This document shows positions 19,725 through 30,873 of a stretch of DNA of 64,000 bases, one piece after another. Numbering within the stretch: position 1 is the stretch's first letter; each line of letters begins with the position of its first letter. The DNA is from Butyricicoccus sp. GTDB lineage: Bacteria; Bacillota; Clostridia; Oscillospirales; Butyricicoccaceae. Both the position numbers and the translations under genes were made by a program. The notes under the pieces are model-generated. The model did not search any database. It was given only the letters and a program-made list of their open reading frames with translations, and had not been told where the DNA came from. The stretch is taken from positions 10,146 to 74,145 of the forward strand of contig JBJEZE010000112.1 in the NCBI GenBank assembly GCA_051887235.1. Reading direction: 5' to 3'.

Positions 19725-20992
19725 ACGGCAGCTCCTTTCAGGAAGTATACAAAGTCCGGCTTCGCCCGCCGGGCCGCTTCCGCAATCTGTTCCGACGTGA
19801 CCTGCTGGATCCGTTCGGTCAGCTGCTCCAGCGTGTCATCCAGACCCGCCGCTGCCTGCGTCTGGTAAAAGCTCTCCAGCGCATACGGGGAATCTCCCAT
19901 GGAGCGCAGAGAGGCCAACACGAACCGTCGCGCCTGCTCCACCTCGTCGTCGGTCAGCTCCCCGTTCTGGATGCACTCCAGCTGGCGCAGCATCTCCCGG
20001 ACAGCACGCTCGGCGTTTTCGTTTTCAACGCCGGAGGACACCGCCATCACGCCCTTGAGCTTGTCCGTCTGTGACGACGCATAGTAGCACAAGCTCTGCT
20101 CTTCGCGCACCGTGCGGAACAGACGGGAGCCGGTGCTGCCGCCGTAGCAGGAGTTGAACAGCACCATCGCCGGATACAACGGATCACGCGCCGTGATGCC
20201 GGTGCGGATGCCGATGGCCAGTTTGCCCTGGTTGACCGTCTCCTCTTCGACCGCCGTGCGCAGCTGCGCAACGTCGGAGGGCGCGGAAAATGCCGGACGG
20301 ATCAGGCGATCCCGTCCCGTGATGCCGCTGAGCTGTTCGCAAAAGATCTGTTCCACCCGGTCCGCTTCCAACGAACCGCAGTAGAACAGCTCCAGCGGAG
20401 CGGTCTGCAGGACGGTCTGATAGTAGCCGGTCAGCTGCTGTGCGGTAATGGCCGCCACCGCATCCTCATCGCCGTACTCGGTCAGACGGTATGCTTCCTC
20501 GCTGCACATCAGCTGGTACATCCGGCGCACCACCCATGCGCGTTTATTGTTGGGCAGCGCTGCGATGCGGGCGCGCAGTGCCGCCGCCTCCGTCTGCAAA
20601 ATGCCCTCGTCAAACGGCAGCGCCGGACGGAGCAGGACGTCAGCCAGCAGACGCGCCGTCGCGTGTACCAGGCTCTCGCGTTCCCCGTCAGCGTACCGCT
20701 CGTCGATGGCATCCGCCATCACGCCGATCAGCTGTGCCTCGCCGCGTTTGGTGACGAACGGCTCCAGTCGCGCGCCGTACAGCTCGTCCAGACGGACGGC
20801 TACGCTCTGCCGTCCCGGATACACCGAACAGCACGAGCGAAGCATGCTGGGCAGCAGCGCAGCGCAGCTTCTGCCCTCCCCGTCCAGCGGCAGCGCGAAG
20901 CACGCGCTCATGAGCGAGGTCTTCCACTGACCGGTGGTAACGCAGGTCAGACGGATGCCGCAGCCCAGCGTTCTTACTTGAATAGTCTGCAT
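19721..20992 (-). CDS. M16 peptidase-like inactive partner (YmfF-like)
   Basis: LDELYGA, SRLFRTVREEQSLCYYASS; no HxxEH; tandem with the active subunit. Confidence 0.85.
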   Translation of the reverse strand: MQTIQVRTLGCGIRLTCVTTGQWKTSLMSACFALPLDGEGRSCAALLPSMLRSCCSVYPGRQSVAVRLDELYGARLEPFVTKRGEAQLIGVMADAIDERYADGERESLVHATARLLADVLLRPALPFDEGILQTEAAALRARIAALPNNKRAWVVRRMYQLMCSEEAYRLTEYGDEDAVAAITAQQLTGYYQTVLQTAPLELFYCGSLEADRVEQIFCEQLSGITGRDRLIRPAFSAPSDVAQLRTAVEEETVNQGKLAIGIRTGITARDPLYPAMVLFNSCYGGSTGSRLFRTVREEQSLCYYASSQTDKLKGVMAVSSGVENENAERAVREMLRQLECIQNGELTDDEVEQARRFVLASLRSMGDSPYALESFYQTQAAAGLDDTLEQLTERIQQVTSEQIAEAARRAKPDFVYFLKGAAV

Positions 20993-21217
20993 AGTGATTC
21001 TCCTGAATATGGATGAATTGTTCCATAATGATCGTTGCTATTCTGCTATTATATCCCGTTCTCCCGATTTCGTCTACCCGTTTCGGAGATTCCTCCGCCC
21101 TTTCCTGCGGAAAATCCGCGGCAAATGCGGCCGATAATTCAACGAATTTGTCCATTGCAATCACAAGGTGGTCGTGCTATGATAATTTGGTTAAGACTCT
21201 CGAGAGGAGGGAATGCT

Positions 21218-21754
21218 ATGAGCGCAAAGAAAAAGCGCAAACGCTCTCCGGCAGCCACCGCGTTGCTGTGGGTGCTGCTGATTGCCTACCTGCTGCTCCT
21301 GTTTCGAGTCATTCTGTTCAAGTTTCCCATCCGCACCGTTCTGGATATCCTGATGGACAAAGATGAGCTGGAATTCACCCGCGTCAATCTGATCCCGTTC
21401 CAGACCATCCGGTTTTACCTGTTCTCCGGACGCGTGTCGTTCGTCGTGGCCGCCCGGAATATTCTGGGCAACATTCTGGCGTTTGTCCCCCTTGGCATCC
21501 TGATCCCGCTGATCCGCCGCCGGCTCAGCGTGGTATTCACGTTCTTCACCGCGCTGGCCATCAGCGCTTCCATCGAGCTGACGCAGCTGTACACCGGTCT
21601 TGGCTCCTGCGACATAGATGACCTGATCCTCAACGTGTTTGGCGCCATGCTGACCTGCCTTGTGCTGTCCTCCCTGGATATTATCATTTATTTGATCAAA
21701 ATGCTGATAAAAAAATGCGCGCAGGCTATTGACAAAGCGGCGAAAAAACGGTAG
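21218..21754 (+). CDS. VanZ family membrane protein
   Basis: NLIPFQTI, GNILAFVPLG, IELTQ, CDIDDLILN; ends in TAG. Confidence 0.85.
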   Translation: MSAKKKRKRSPAATALLWVLLIAYLLLLFRVILFKFPIRTVLDILMDKDELEFTRVNLIPFQTIRFYLFSGRVSFVVAARNILGNILAFVPLGILIPLIRRRLSVVFTFFTALAISASIELTQLYTGLGSCDIDDLILNVFGAMLTCLVLSSLDIIIYLIKMLIKKCAQAIDKAAKKR

Positions 21755-21757
21755 AAT
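21729..21757 (+). promoter_or_regulatory. sigma-A promoter of ylxM-ffh
   Basis: TTGACA-17bp-TAGAAT. Confidence 0.75.
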
Positions 21758-21831
21758 CATTCATGTTGTAAAGCTCAGGACTTTACAAAGGAAAAAGCTT
21801 TACACCGCGAATGCTTCGGAGGGACGGCATC

Positions 21832-22197
21832 ATGAAGAACAAAACGTTTGAAATGTGCATGCTGTTTGACTTTTATGGCGACATCCTGACCGAGAAGCAG
21901 CGTCAGCTGTTCGATCTGTACTACAACGACGACCTGTCGCTGGCGGAGATTTCCGAGCACGTCGGCATCACCCGTCAGGGGGTGCGGGACGGCATTCTGC
22001 GGGCAGAGCATACACTGCGGGAAACCGAGGAAAAGCTCGGTCTGGTGGCGCGCTACGGCCGCAACCAGGCGGATATCGAGGAGCTGGCTGACGTGGCCCG
22101 CGAGATTCGGAGCATCAATCGCATTCGTCATCACGACACAGACATCGCCGCCCTGTGCGACCGGGCTTTGTCCATTACAGAGCGGCTCTCGGAATAA
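21832..22197 (+). CDS. ylxM: YlxM family protein
   Basis: LFDFYGDILTEKQ...DLSLAEISE..GITRQGV; upstream of ffh. Confidence 0.92.
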   Translation: MKNKTFEMCMLFDFYGDILTEKQRQLFDLYYNDDLSLAEISEHVGITRQGVRDGILRAEHTLRETEEKLGLVARYGRNQADIEELADVAREIRSINRIRHHDTDIAALCDRALSITERLSE

Positions 22198-22212
22198 GCG
22201 AAGGAGCAGTCC

Positions 22213-23577
<1,365 letters not shown>

Positions 23578-23634
23578 CTAACTTCGTGTAAAGAAATTTA
23601 CAATATATACTATTAATTCAGGAGGTGAAAAGAA

Positions 23635-23874
23635 ATGGTAAAAATCAGACTTCGCAGACTGGGTGCTAAGAAGGCTCCTTTCTACCGTGTCGTTGTCGCT
23701 GATTCCCGTTACCCGCGTGACGGTCGTTTCATCGAGGAGATCGGCACCTACAATCCGCTGACCGATCCGGCAGAAATCAAGATTGACGCTGAGCGCGCTC
23801 AGCAGTGGATCAAGAACGGCGCACAGCCGACGGATACTGTCCGTGCTCTGCTCAAGAAATCCGGTGTTCTCTAA
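23635..23874 (+). CDS. rpsP: 30S ribosomal protein S16
   Basis: [18 protein letters not shown]. Confidence 0.97.
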   Translation: MVKIRLRRLGAKKAPFYRVVVADSRYPRDGRFIEEIGTYNPLTDPAEIKIDAERAQQWIKNGAQPTDTVRALLKKSGVL

Positions 23875-23892
23875 GCAAGTGAGGGTGTTTTG

Positions 23893-24123
23893 ATGAAAGA
23901 ACTTTTAATCTACATCGCAAAAAATCTTGTGAATGACCCGGACGCTGTCAATGTGACCGAAACCGTCAATGATACGGAGATCGTCTACGAACTCCGTGTC
24001 GCTCCGGACGATATGGGTAAGGTCATTGGCCGGCATGGTCGCATTGCTAAAGAGATTCGTACTCTGATGAAAGCGGCCGGCAATCGAGAAAATAAAAAGG
24101 TTACAGTTGACATTGTCGACTGA
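23893..24123 (+). CDS. khpA: KH-domain RNA-binding protein KhpA
   Basis: DDMGKVIGRHGRIAKEIR; follows rpsP. Confidence 0.92.
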   Translation: MKELLIYIAKNLVNDPDAVNVTETVNDTEIVYELRVAPDDMGKVIGRHGRIAKEIRTLMKAAGNRENKKVTVDIVD

Positions 24124-24173
24124 GCCTTTGGAGCCGCGCCCGCGGCTCTTTTTCTTTTTACGAGGTAACCACT

Positions 24174-24683
24174 ATGAAAAAACAATTTCTTGAAATCGGC
24201 AAAATCGTCAACACGCACGGTGTGCGCGGCGATCTCAAGGTGCAGCCGTGGTGTGATTCCCCGGAATTTCTTGCCGACTTTGACGTCTTATACACCAAAA
24301 AAGGAACCCCGCTGACCGTGACCAGTGCGAAGGTACACAAGGGCTGCGTCCTGCTGCACCTCGAGGGCGTGGACACGATCGAACAGGCGGAAAAGATGAA
24401 GAACTGGATTCTGTTCATGGATCGCGACGACGTGGAACTGGAGGACGGCGCGTTCTTCATTCAGGACGTCATCGGTCTGCCCGCCTACGATGAGCGCGTC
24501 GGCCGCGAGATCGGCGTGGTCAAGGAGATCACAGACGGTCCCGCCGGCGATCTGTACGTCATTCAGGACGGCGATCAGACCCACTACATCCCCGGTGTTC
24601 CGGCGTTCCTAAAAGAGGTCGATCTGGAAGCCGGACGGGTGACATTCTGTACGATTGAGGGACTGCTGGCCGATGAACATTGA
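24174..24683 (+). CDS. rimM: ribosome maturation factor RimM
   Basis: IGKIVNTHGVRG; operon context. Confidence 0.95.
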   Translation: MKKQFLEIGKIVNTHGVRGDLKVQPWCDSPEFLADFDVLYTKKGTPLTVTSAKVHKGCVLLHLEGVDTIEQAEKMKNWILFMDRDDVELEDGAFFIQDVIGLPAYDERVGREIGVVKEITDGPAGDLYVIQDGDQTHYIPGVPAFLKEVDLEAGRVTFCTIEGLLADEH

Positions 24684-25401
24684 GATTCTAACCCTGTTCC
24701 CCGAGCTGATTGACAGCGTGATGACCCAAAGCGTCATCGGCCGCGCACAGGCTGCCGGTCTGATCTCCATCCGTCCGGTCAACATCCGCAGCTACACGCT
24801 GGACAAGCACAACCGCGTGGACGACACCCCCTACGGCGGCGGCAAGGGCATGGTCATGCAGGCCGACCCGCTGTATCGCTGTCATCAGGCCGTGACCGGC
24901 GGCGAACACGTCCACACCGTGCTGATGAGCGCGCAGGGACAGCCGTTCTGCCAGGACAAGGCGCGCGAGCTTCTGTCGCACGAGCACATCATTCTGGTAT
25001 GCGGCCACTACGAGGGCGTGGACCAGCGGTTTATCGACGAATGCGTGGATGAGGAAATCTCCATCGGCGACTTTGTGCTGACCGGCGGGGAAATCCCTGC
25101 CATGGCGGTCGCGGACGCGGTGTGCCGTATGGTTCCCGGCGTACTGGCCGAGGATATTTGCTTCACCGAGGAAAGCCACTGGAGCGGACTGCTGGAATAT
25201 CCACAGTATACCAAGCCCGCCGTCTGGCATGACCGCGCGGTGCCGGAGGTACTGCTGTCCGGACACCATGCCAACATTGATGCCTGGCGGCGCAAGCAGA
25301 GCCTGTCCCGCACCAAGAAGCTCCGTCCGGACCTGTTCGCCCGCTTTCAGCCCGAAAGCAAACAGGACAAAAAGATTCTGGAAGAACTGGAAAAGGAGTG
25401 A
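24673..25401 (+). CDS. trmD: tRNA (guanine-N1)-methyltransferase
   Basis: VDDTPYGGGKGM, CGHYEGVDQR, SIGDFVLTGGE. Confidence 0.96.
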   Translation: MNIEILTLFPELIDSVMTQSVIGRAQAAGLISIRPVNIRSYTLDKHNRVDDTPYGGGKGMVMQADPLYRCHQAVTGGEHVHTVLMSAQGQPFCQDKARELLSHEHIILVCGHYEGVDQRFIDECVDEEISIGDFVLTGGEIPAMAVADAVCRMVPGVLAEDICFTEESHWSGLLEYPQYTKPAVWHDRAVPEVLLSGHHANIDAWRRKQSLSRTKKLRPDLFARFQPESKQDKKILEELEKE

Positions 25402-25406
25402 TTCCC

Positions 25407-26180
25407 ATGCCTATGGCATATAATTCGCAGGCAGAATTTCACCTGCTCACCAAGCCGGGGGACATCGGTCCGTATGTCATTCTGACCGGCGACCCCGGCC
25501 GGTGCGAACGCATCGCGTCCCGTCTGGAGGACGCTCATCCGGTGGCGTCCAATCGGGAATTCACCACCTATACCGGCTCGCTGGACGGCACGCCGGTTTC
25601 GGTCTGCTCCACTGGCATCGGCGGTCCATCCGCCGCGATCGCACTGGAAGAGCTGGTGCATTGCGGTGCACATACCTTCATCCGCGTCGGCTCGTCCGGC
25701 GGCATGGATGTCAACGTGCTGGGCGGCGATCTCGTCATTGCCAGCGGTGCAATCCGCGCCGAGGGAACAACCCGCGAATATGCGCCGATTGAATTTCCTG
25801 CCGTGGCAGATGTCTCGGTCGTCTGCGCGCTGCGCGACGCGGCCAATCAGCTTGGCTACCGGCACCATGTCGGCATCGTCCAGAGCAAGGATTCGTTTTA
25901 CGGACAGCACGATCCGGACAGCATGCCGGCCGCTCCCCTGCTCAAGAATAATTGGGACGCGTGGATGAAGTGCGGCGCACTGGCCAGCGAGATGGAATGC
26001 GCGGCGCTGTTCATCGTGGGCAGCGTGCGGCGCGTGCGCGTCGGCGGTATCCTCACCGTTCTGGGCAATCAGACACGGCGAGAACAGGGTCTGGAGGACA
26101 TCCAGTGCATGGACACCGAACGTGTCATCCACACCGCTGTGGAAGCCATGCGGATTCTGATCGCACAGGATGCGACGTGA
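25407..26180 (+). CDS. udp: uridine phosphorylase
   Basis: GDPGR, STGIGGPS, FIRVGS, FYGQH, EME. Confidence 0.88.
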   Translation: MPMAYNSQAEFHLLTKPGDIGPYVILTGDPGRCERIASRLEDAHPVASNREFTTYTGSLDGTPVSVCSTGIGGPSAAIALEELVHCGAHTFIRVGSSGGMDVNVLGGDLVIASGAIRAEGTTREYAPIEFPAVADVSVVCALRDAANQLGYRHHVGIVQSKDSFYGQHDPDSMPAAPLLKNNWDAWMKCGALASEMECAALFIVGSVRRVRVGGILTVLGNQTRREQGLEDIQCMDTERVIHTAVEAMRILIAQDAT

Positions 26181-26269
26181 ACCTCCGATCGCCCTTCTTT
26201 TTTGCAATACTGCGCAATTTCCTGCTTGACAAACCAGCATTTTTTCTATACAATACGGATGTAAACCCA

Positions 26270-26531
26270 AAAAGCGAGGATGGGAAAAAAGATCCGCAGA
26301 GCTTCTTTCAGAGAGCCGCCGGTTGGTGTGAGACGGCAGAACCTGTACGATGCATAACTGTTCCCGGAGCTGACGGTCTGAACCGCACAGTAGGACCGTA
26401 CGGTAAGCCCCGTTACCGGCTGCAGCCTTGTTAGAGGCGACCCAGGGTCATTGTAACCCAATGACTGAACCAGGGTGGTACCGCGTTTGTTCAACGCCCC
26501 TGACCGAAAACACGGTCACGGGCGTTTTTTT
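26270..26531 (+). ncRNA. T-box riboswitch (probable Leu specifier CUG)
   Basis: Promoter TTGACA-17-TACAAT at 26226; AGAGA and GGTGTGA stem-I motifs; GGTGGTACCGCG T-box; terminator with U-tract. Confidence 0.88.
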
Positions 26532-26584
26532 ACTGTCCGCCCCGCTCTGATCCTATAATCCCATCGTATTGGAGGAATTTTACT

Positions 26585-28297
26585 ATGAAAGGCTACGAAA
26601 AGTATATCCCTTTTGTCCCACAGCCCATTCAAAACCGCACCTGGCCGGACAATACCATCACCAAAGCACCGATCTGGTGCTCGGTTGACCTGCGCGACGG
26701 CAATCAGGCTCTGATTGACCCCATGAACATGCAGGAAAAGCTGGAAATGTTCCATATGCTGGTGGACGAGATCGGCGTCAAGGAGATCGAGATCGGTTTC
26801 CCGTCCGCATCCGACACCGACTACGAGATCTGCCGCGAGCTGATCGAGGGCGGACACATCCCGGACGACGTCACCATCCAGGTACTCGTACAGGCGCGTC
26901 CGCATCTGATTGCCAAGACATTCGAGGCAATTCAAGGCGCAAAGCATGTCATCTTCCATTTCTACAACTCCACCTCCACACTCCAGCGCGAGGTCGTGTT
27001 CCACACCGACGTGGAGGGCGTCAAGAAAATTGCCACTGATGCCGCTGACCTGATTTACGAAATGGCGCAGCCGTTTATCGCCTCCGGTATGGATCTTCGC
27101 TATCAGTACTCTCCGGAATCCTTTATGGGCACCGAGATGGATGCGGCGGTGGAAATCTGCGCAGCCGTTCTGGATCATCTGCACGCGGATGCAGATCACC
27201 GCGTGATTCTGAATCTGCCGACCACGGTGGAGAACTGCATGCCCAATCAGTTCGCAGACGAGATGGAATACTTTATCCGTCAGCTGCCGGGACGGGAACG
27301 GGCCATCATCTCCCTGCACCCGCACAACGACCGCGGCTGCGGCGTTGCCACAGCGGAAGCCGGTCTGCTGGCCGGTGCAGAGCGTGTGGAGGCCTGCCTG
27401 TTTGGCAACGGCGAGCGCACGGGCAATGTGGATATGATCACGGTTGCGATGAACATGTATGTGCAGGGCGTGGATCCGGAGCTGGATTTCAGCCGCATGG
27501 ACCGCATCATCTCGATGTATGAGCGCTGCACCAAAATGAAAGTCCCGGAACGTCAGCCGTACGGCGGTGATCTGGTGTTCACCGCGTTTTCCGGCTCCCA
27601 CCAGGACGCCATCAACAAGGGCTTCAACTACATGAAAGACCACGACACGGACAAGTGGATGGTTCCCTATCTGCCCATCAATCCGGAAGACCTGGGCTGC
27701 GCGTATGAACCGGTGCGCATCAACTCCCAGTCCGGCAAGGGCGGCGCCGCCTTCATCATGAACCACAAGTTCGGCTTTGACATGCCCAAGGCGATGCACG
27801 CTGAATTTGGCGAAGTGGTACAGAAAGAGTCCGACAAGGAGGGTGTCGAGCTCAAGCCGGAGGTGATCTACCAGCTGTTCGAGGACGAATACCTCAAGGT
27901 GGACGGCCCGTATCGTCTGATCAAAAACAAGCTGAATGCCGACGTGGAAGACGGCGTGGCACACTCGCATTTCTACGGAATGCTCCAGCACAAGGACACG
28001 ATCTTTGAGGTCACCGGCGACGGCAACGGTCCGATTGACGCTTTCTTCAATGCGATCCGCGACGAGCGCATGAACCGCTACGAGTTCATCGACTACAAGG
28101 AGCACGCCATCAGCACCGGCTCGGACTCCAAGGCGGTCGCCTACATCCAGCTGCGCACCCATGACGGGCACGATGTGTTCGGTGTCGGCATGGATCACAA
28201 CATCTCCATGGCGTCCATCAAGGGCATCCTGTGCGCCATCAACCGCTGCAAAGCATGGGAGCACCATTTGGAAGCACTGGAAGCGGCGCAGGCATGA
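26585..28297 (+). CDS. leuA: 2-isopropylmalate synthase, yeast/actinobacterial type
   Basis: RTWPD...APIWCSVDLRDGNQAL, HPHNDRG, RINSQSGKGG. Confidence 0.92.
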   Translation: MKGYEKYIPFVPQPIQNRTWPDNTITKAPIWCSVDLRDGNQALIDPMNMQEKLEMFHMLVDEIGVKEIEIGFPSASDTDYEICRELIEGGHIPDDVTIQVLVQARPHLIAKTFEAIQGAKHVIFHFYNSTSTLQREVVFHTDVEGVKKIATDAADLIYEMAQPFIASGMDLRYQYSPESFMGTEMDAAVEICAAVLDHLHADADHRVILNLPTTVENCMPNQFADEMEYFIRQLPGRERAIISLHPHNDRGCGVATAEAGLLAGAERVEACLFGNGERTGNVDMITVAMNMYVQGVDPELDFSRMDRIISMYERCTKMKVPERQPYGGDLVFTAFSGSHQDAINKGFNYMKDHDTDKWMVPYLPINPEDLGCAYEPVRINSQSGKGGAAFIMNHKFGFDMPKAMHAEFGEVVQKESDKEGVELKPEVIYQLFEDEYLKVDGPYRLIKNKLNADVEDGVAHSHFYGMLQHKDTIFEVTGDGNGPIDAFFNAIRDERMNRYEFIDYKEHAISTGSDSKAVAYIQLRTHDGHDVFGVGMDHNISMASIKGILCAINRCKAWEHHLEALEAAQA

Positions 28298-28346
28298 TAT
28301 CGCTTCCCTCTCAGAGAAAATCTGCGGAAAATCTGCGCGAAACCAC

Positions 28347-28391
28347 AAAACACCATGACGGACTCTGTTTCCATCCGTCATGGTGTTTTTT
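28347..28391. terminator. bidirectional terminator
   Basis: AAAACACCATGACGGA...TCCGTCATGGTGTTTTTT. Confidence 0.8.
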
Positions 28392-28402
28392 ACGTGCATT
28401 GA

Positions 28403-29947
28403 TTACAGCAGCGGAGAGACCAGCCGAAACAGCAGGTCTATGCCGCGCGGAACGGTGAGCCGTCTGTTGTTCCGGTACTGCTCGGTTACCTCCCGGCTGA
28501 CCGAAAAACACTGCTCAAAATCCTTCTGAATATCCTGCACCGCCGGACACTGATACAGCAGAACGCCATTTTCAAAATGATGATACAAACTGCGGTAATC
28601 CAGATTGATCGTTCCGACCGTCGCGGCAACGCCGTCGGACAGCATCTGCTTGGCATGCAGAAATCCGGGCGTGTATTCGTAAATGCGCACGCCGTGGCTG
28701 GCCAGATCTGCATAATACGAGCGCGTCACGCGGTAAATCACCTTTTTGTCCGGAATGCCCGGTGTGATAATCCGGACATCCACGCCGCGCTGCGCGGCCA
28801 TCGTCAGTTCCCGTCCCATCTCATCGCTGATGATCAGATACGGCGTTGTGATATAGACAAATCGCGTGGACTGTTTGATGAGGTTCAGATACACGTTCTC
28901 GCCCACACTGACCGTTCCCATCGGATGATCGGCATAGGGCTGGACGTAACCGGTACTGTTCACAACCGGCTGCGCCGGAATCAGATACTTATCGGTGGCC
29001 TCCAGTTTCTTCTCCGAGCAGTTCCACATCTCCAAAAACATTGCCGTCAGACTGCGTACCGCCTCTCCGGTCAGCCGGACGCCGGTGTCTTTCCACATTC
29101 CGTACGGATGGGTGATGTTGAAATACTCGTCCGCCAGATTATAGCCTCCGGTGAAGCCGATTTCTCCGTCGATCACGGTAATTTTCCGGTGATCTCGGTG
29201 GTTCATAAAGATTTTGAGTACCGGCATCACCGGATTGAACACCTTGCAGCGGATCCCGCAGCTCTCCATCCGGCGGATGAAATCCAGGTTGACAAAGCCA
29301 ATGCTGCCGACGTCGTCATATAAAATGCGGACCTCCACGCCCTCGGCCGCCTTCTGTGCCAGCTCCCGGCGCATCTGTTCAAATGCCTTCGCTTCTTCAA
29401 TGGCATGATAATCCAGAAAAATGAATTTCTTTGCCTGCCGGATGGCGTCCAATTGGGCTCGGAATCCCTGTTCTGCCTCCGCGTAAAACACGACCTCTGT
29501 GTTGCGGCAGAGCGGGTAGCGCTCCACATTCTCCAGATACCGGCACTGATTCGCCATCGCCATGTCGCGCTGCTCCAGCTCCGGCAGGACGGATTGCTCC
29601 TTGTGCAGCTGCTCCAGCAGCGTTTTATGAATCTTTAAAAACCGTTCCCGCATCGTCCGAGTTGCATTTTGATGTCCAAACAACAGATACAGACACAGTC
29701 CGAGCACCGGAAAAGCCAGAATCAGCATGATCCACGGCATTTTAAACGCCGAGTTGGTTTTCTTTCCATAAATCGTCAGAACCACGACCAACGCCATGAC
29801 CGAGCTGAGTGTGGAAATAACCGCTGAGTAGCGATTGAGCCGTATGACCAGAAATAGAATCCACGCCAGCTGCGCCAAAATAGACAGTCCCACAAAGGTC
29901 AGGCGGCCAATGCTGTTTTTTACATCACTTTTTTGTTCCGAACGCAT
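28403..29947 (-). CDS. cls: cardiolipin synthase
   Basis: Two HKD motifs (HRKITVID, HAKQMLSD) and N-terminal TM helices. Confidence 0.92.
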   Translation of the reverse strand: MRSEQKSDVKNSIGRLTFVGLSILAQLAWILFLVIRLNRYSAVISTLSSVMALVVVLTIYGKKTNSAFKMPWIMLILAFPVLGLCLYLLFGHQNATRTMRERFLKIHKTLLEQLHKEQSVLPELEQRDMAMANQCRYLENVERYPLCRNTEVVFYAEAEQGFRAQLDAIRQAKKFIFLDYHAIEEAKAFEQMRRELAQKAAEGVEVRILYDDVGSIGFVNLDFIRRMESCGIRCKVFNPVMPVLKIFMNHRDHRKITVIDGEIGFTGGYNLADEYFNITHPYGMWKDTGVRLTGEAVRSLTAMFLEMWNCSEKKLEATDKYLIPAQPVVNSTGYVQPYADHPMGTVSVGENVYLNLIKQSTRFVYITTPYLIISDEMGRELTMAAQRGVDVRIITPGIPDKKVIYRVTRSYYADLASHGVRIYEYTPGFLHAKQMLSDGVAATVGTINLDYRSLYHHFENGVLLYQCPAVQDIQKDFEQCFSVSREVTEQYRNNRRLTVPRGIDLLFRLVSPLL

Positions 29948-30113
29948 TTAACTCCCCTTCTCTATCCGTTCGCCAAATCGACAAAATTCAACATAACATA
30001 TAATATGATACGAAAGCGGTACAAAAATGTCAAGTGCAAGCAAATGGCACGCAAAAAAGATATACAACTTTTTCACACAATAAAGATGGGTGCCTTCCGG
30101 CACCCATCGCATC

Positions 30114-30869
30114 TTATAACTGAATATCCAGCTGCACCGGGCAGTGGTCACTGCCCATAATATCCGAGAGGATCTTTGCCTCCTGAATGTTTTCCGCGAT
30201 GCGGTCGGACACAAGGAAATAGTCAATCCGCCATCCCGCGTTGTTCTGCCGCGCCTTGAACCGGTACGACCACCACGAGTACGCCCCCGTGACGTCCGGA
30301 TACAGCAGGCGGAAGCTGTCCGTAAATCCGGCTGCCTTCAGCTCACGGAACTTCGCACGTTCCTCGTCCGAGAAGCCTGCGCTACCGCGGTTGGGCTTGG
30401 GATTTTTCAGATCAATTTCTTCGGCAGCGACGTTGAGATCGCCGCACACGATGACCGGCTTCACCGCATCCAGCTTGAGCAGATAGTCGCGGAAATCGTC
30501 CTCCCACTTCATGCGGTAATCCAGACGCGCCAGTTCGCTCTGCGAGTTGGGCGTATAGCAGGTCACGAGGTAAAACCCATCGTACTCCGCCGTGATGACG
30601 CGGCCTTCATGGTCGTGTTCCTCTATTCCAATGCCGAAAGTGATGTTCACCGGCTCCTGCTTGGAGAACAGCGCCGTGCCGCTGTAGCCCTTTTTGTCCG
30701 CGCTGTTCCAGTAATCAAAATAACCGTCCCATTCGGTCGGGGCTTGTTCCGGCTGGAGCTTGGTCTCCTGCACACAGAACACATCGGCATCCACGTCGCG
30801 GAAAAAATCCAAAAATCCCTTTTTCACACAGGCACGCAAGCCGTTTACATTCCAGGAAATGAGTTTCAT
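30114..30869 (-). CDS. xth: exodeoxyribonuclease III
   Basis: SWNVNGLRA, QETK, GDLNVA, GWRIDY, SDHCP. Confidence 0.95.
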   Translation of the reverse strand: MKLISWNVNGLRACVKKGFLDFFRDVDADVFCVQETKLQPEQAPTEWDGYFDYWNSADKKGYSGTALFSKQEPVNITFGIGIEEHDHEGRVITAEYDGFYLVTCYTPNSQSELARLDYRMKWEDDFRDYLLKLDAVKPVIVCGDLNVAAEEIDLKNPKPNRGSAGFSDEERAKFRELKAAGFTDSFRLLYPDVTGAYSWWSYRFKARQNNAGWRIDYFLVSDRIAENIQEAKILSDIMGSDHCPVQLDIQL

Positions 30870-30873
30870 CGCA

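Noticed and set aside
26516-28399. Long antisense ORFs (e.g. 26516-28399, 5971-7785, 21775-23331, 35997-37412, 57723-59123)
   Set aside because: They are shadow frames opposite well-supported genes, expected in GC-rich DNA, and have no recognisable motifs.
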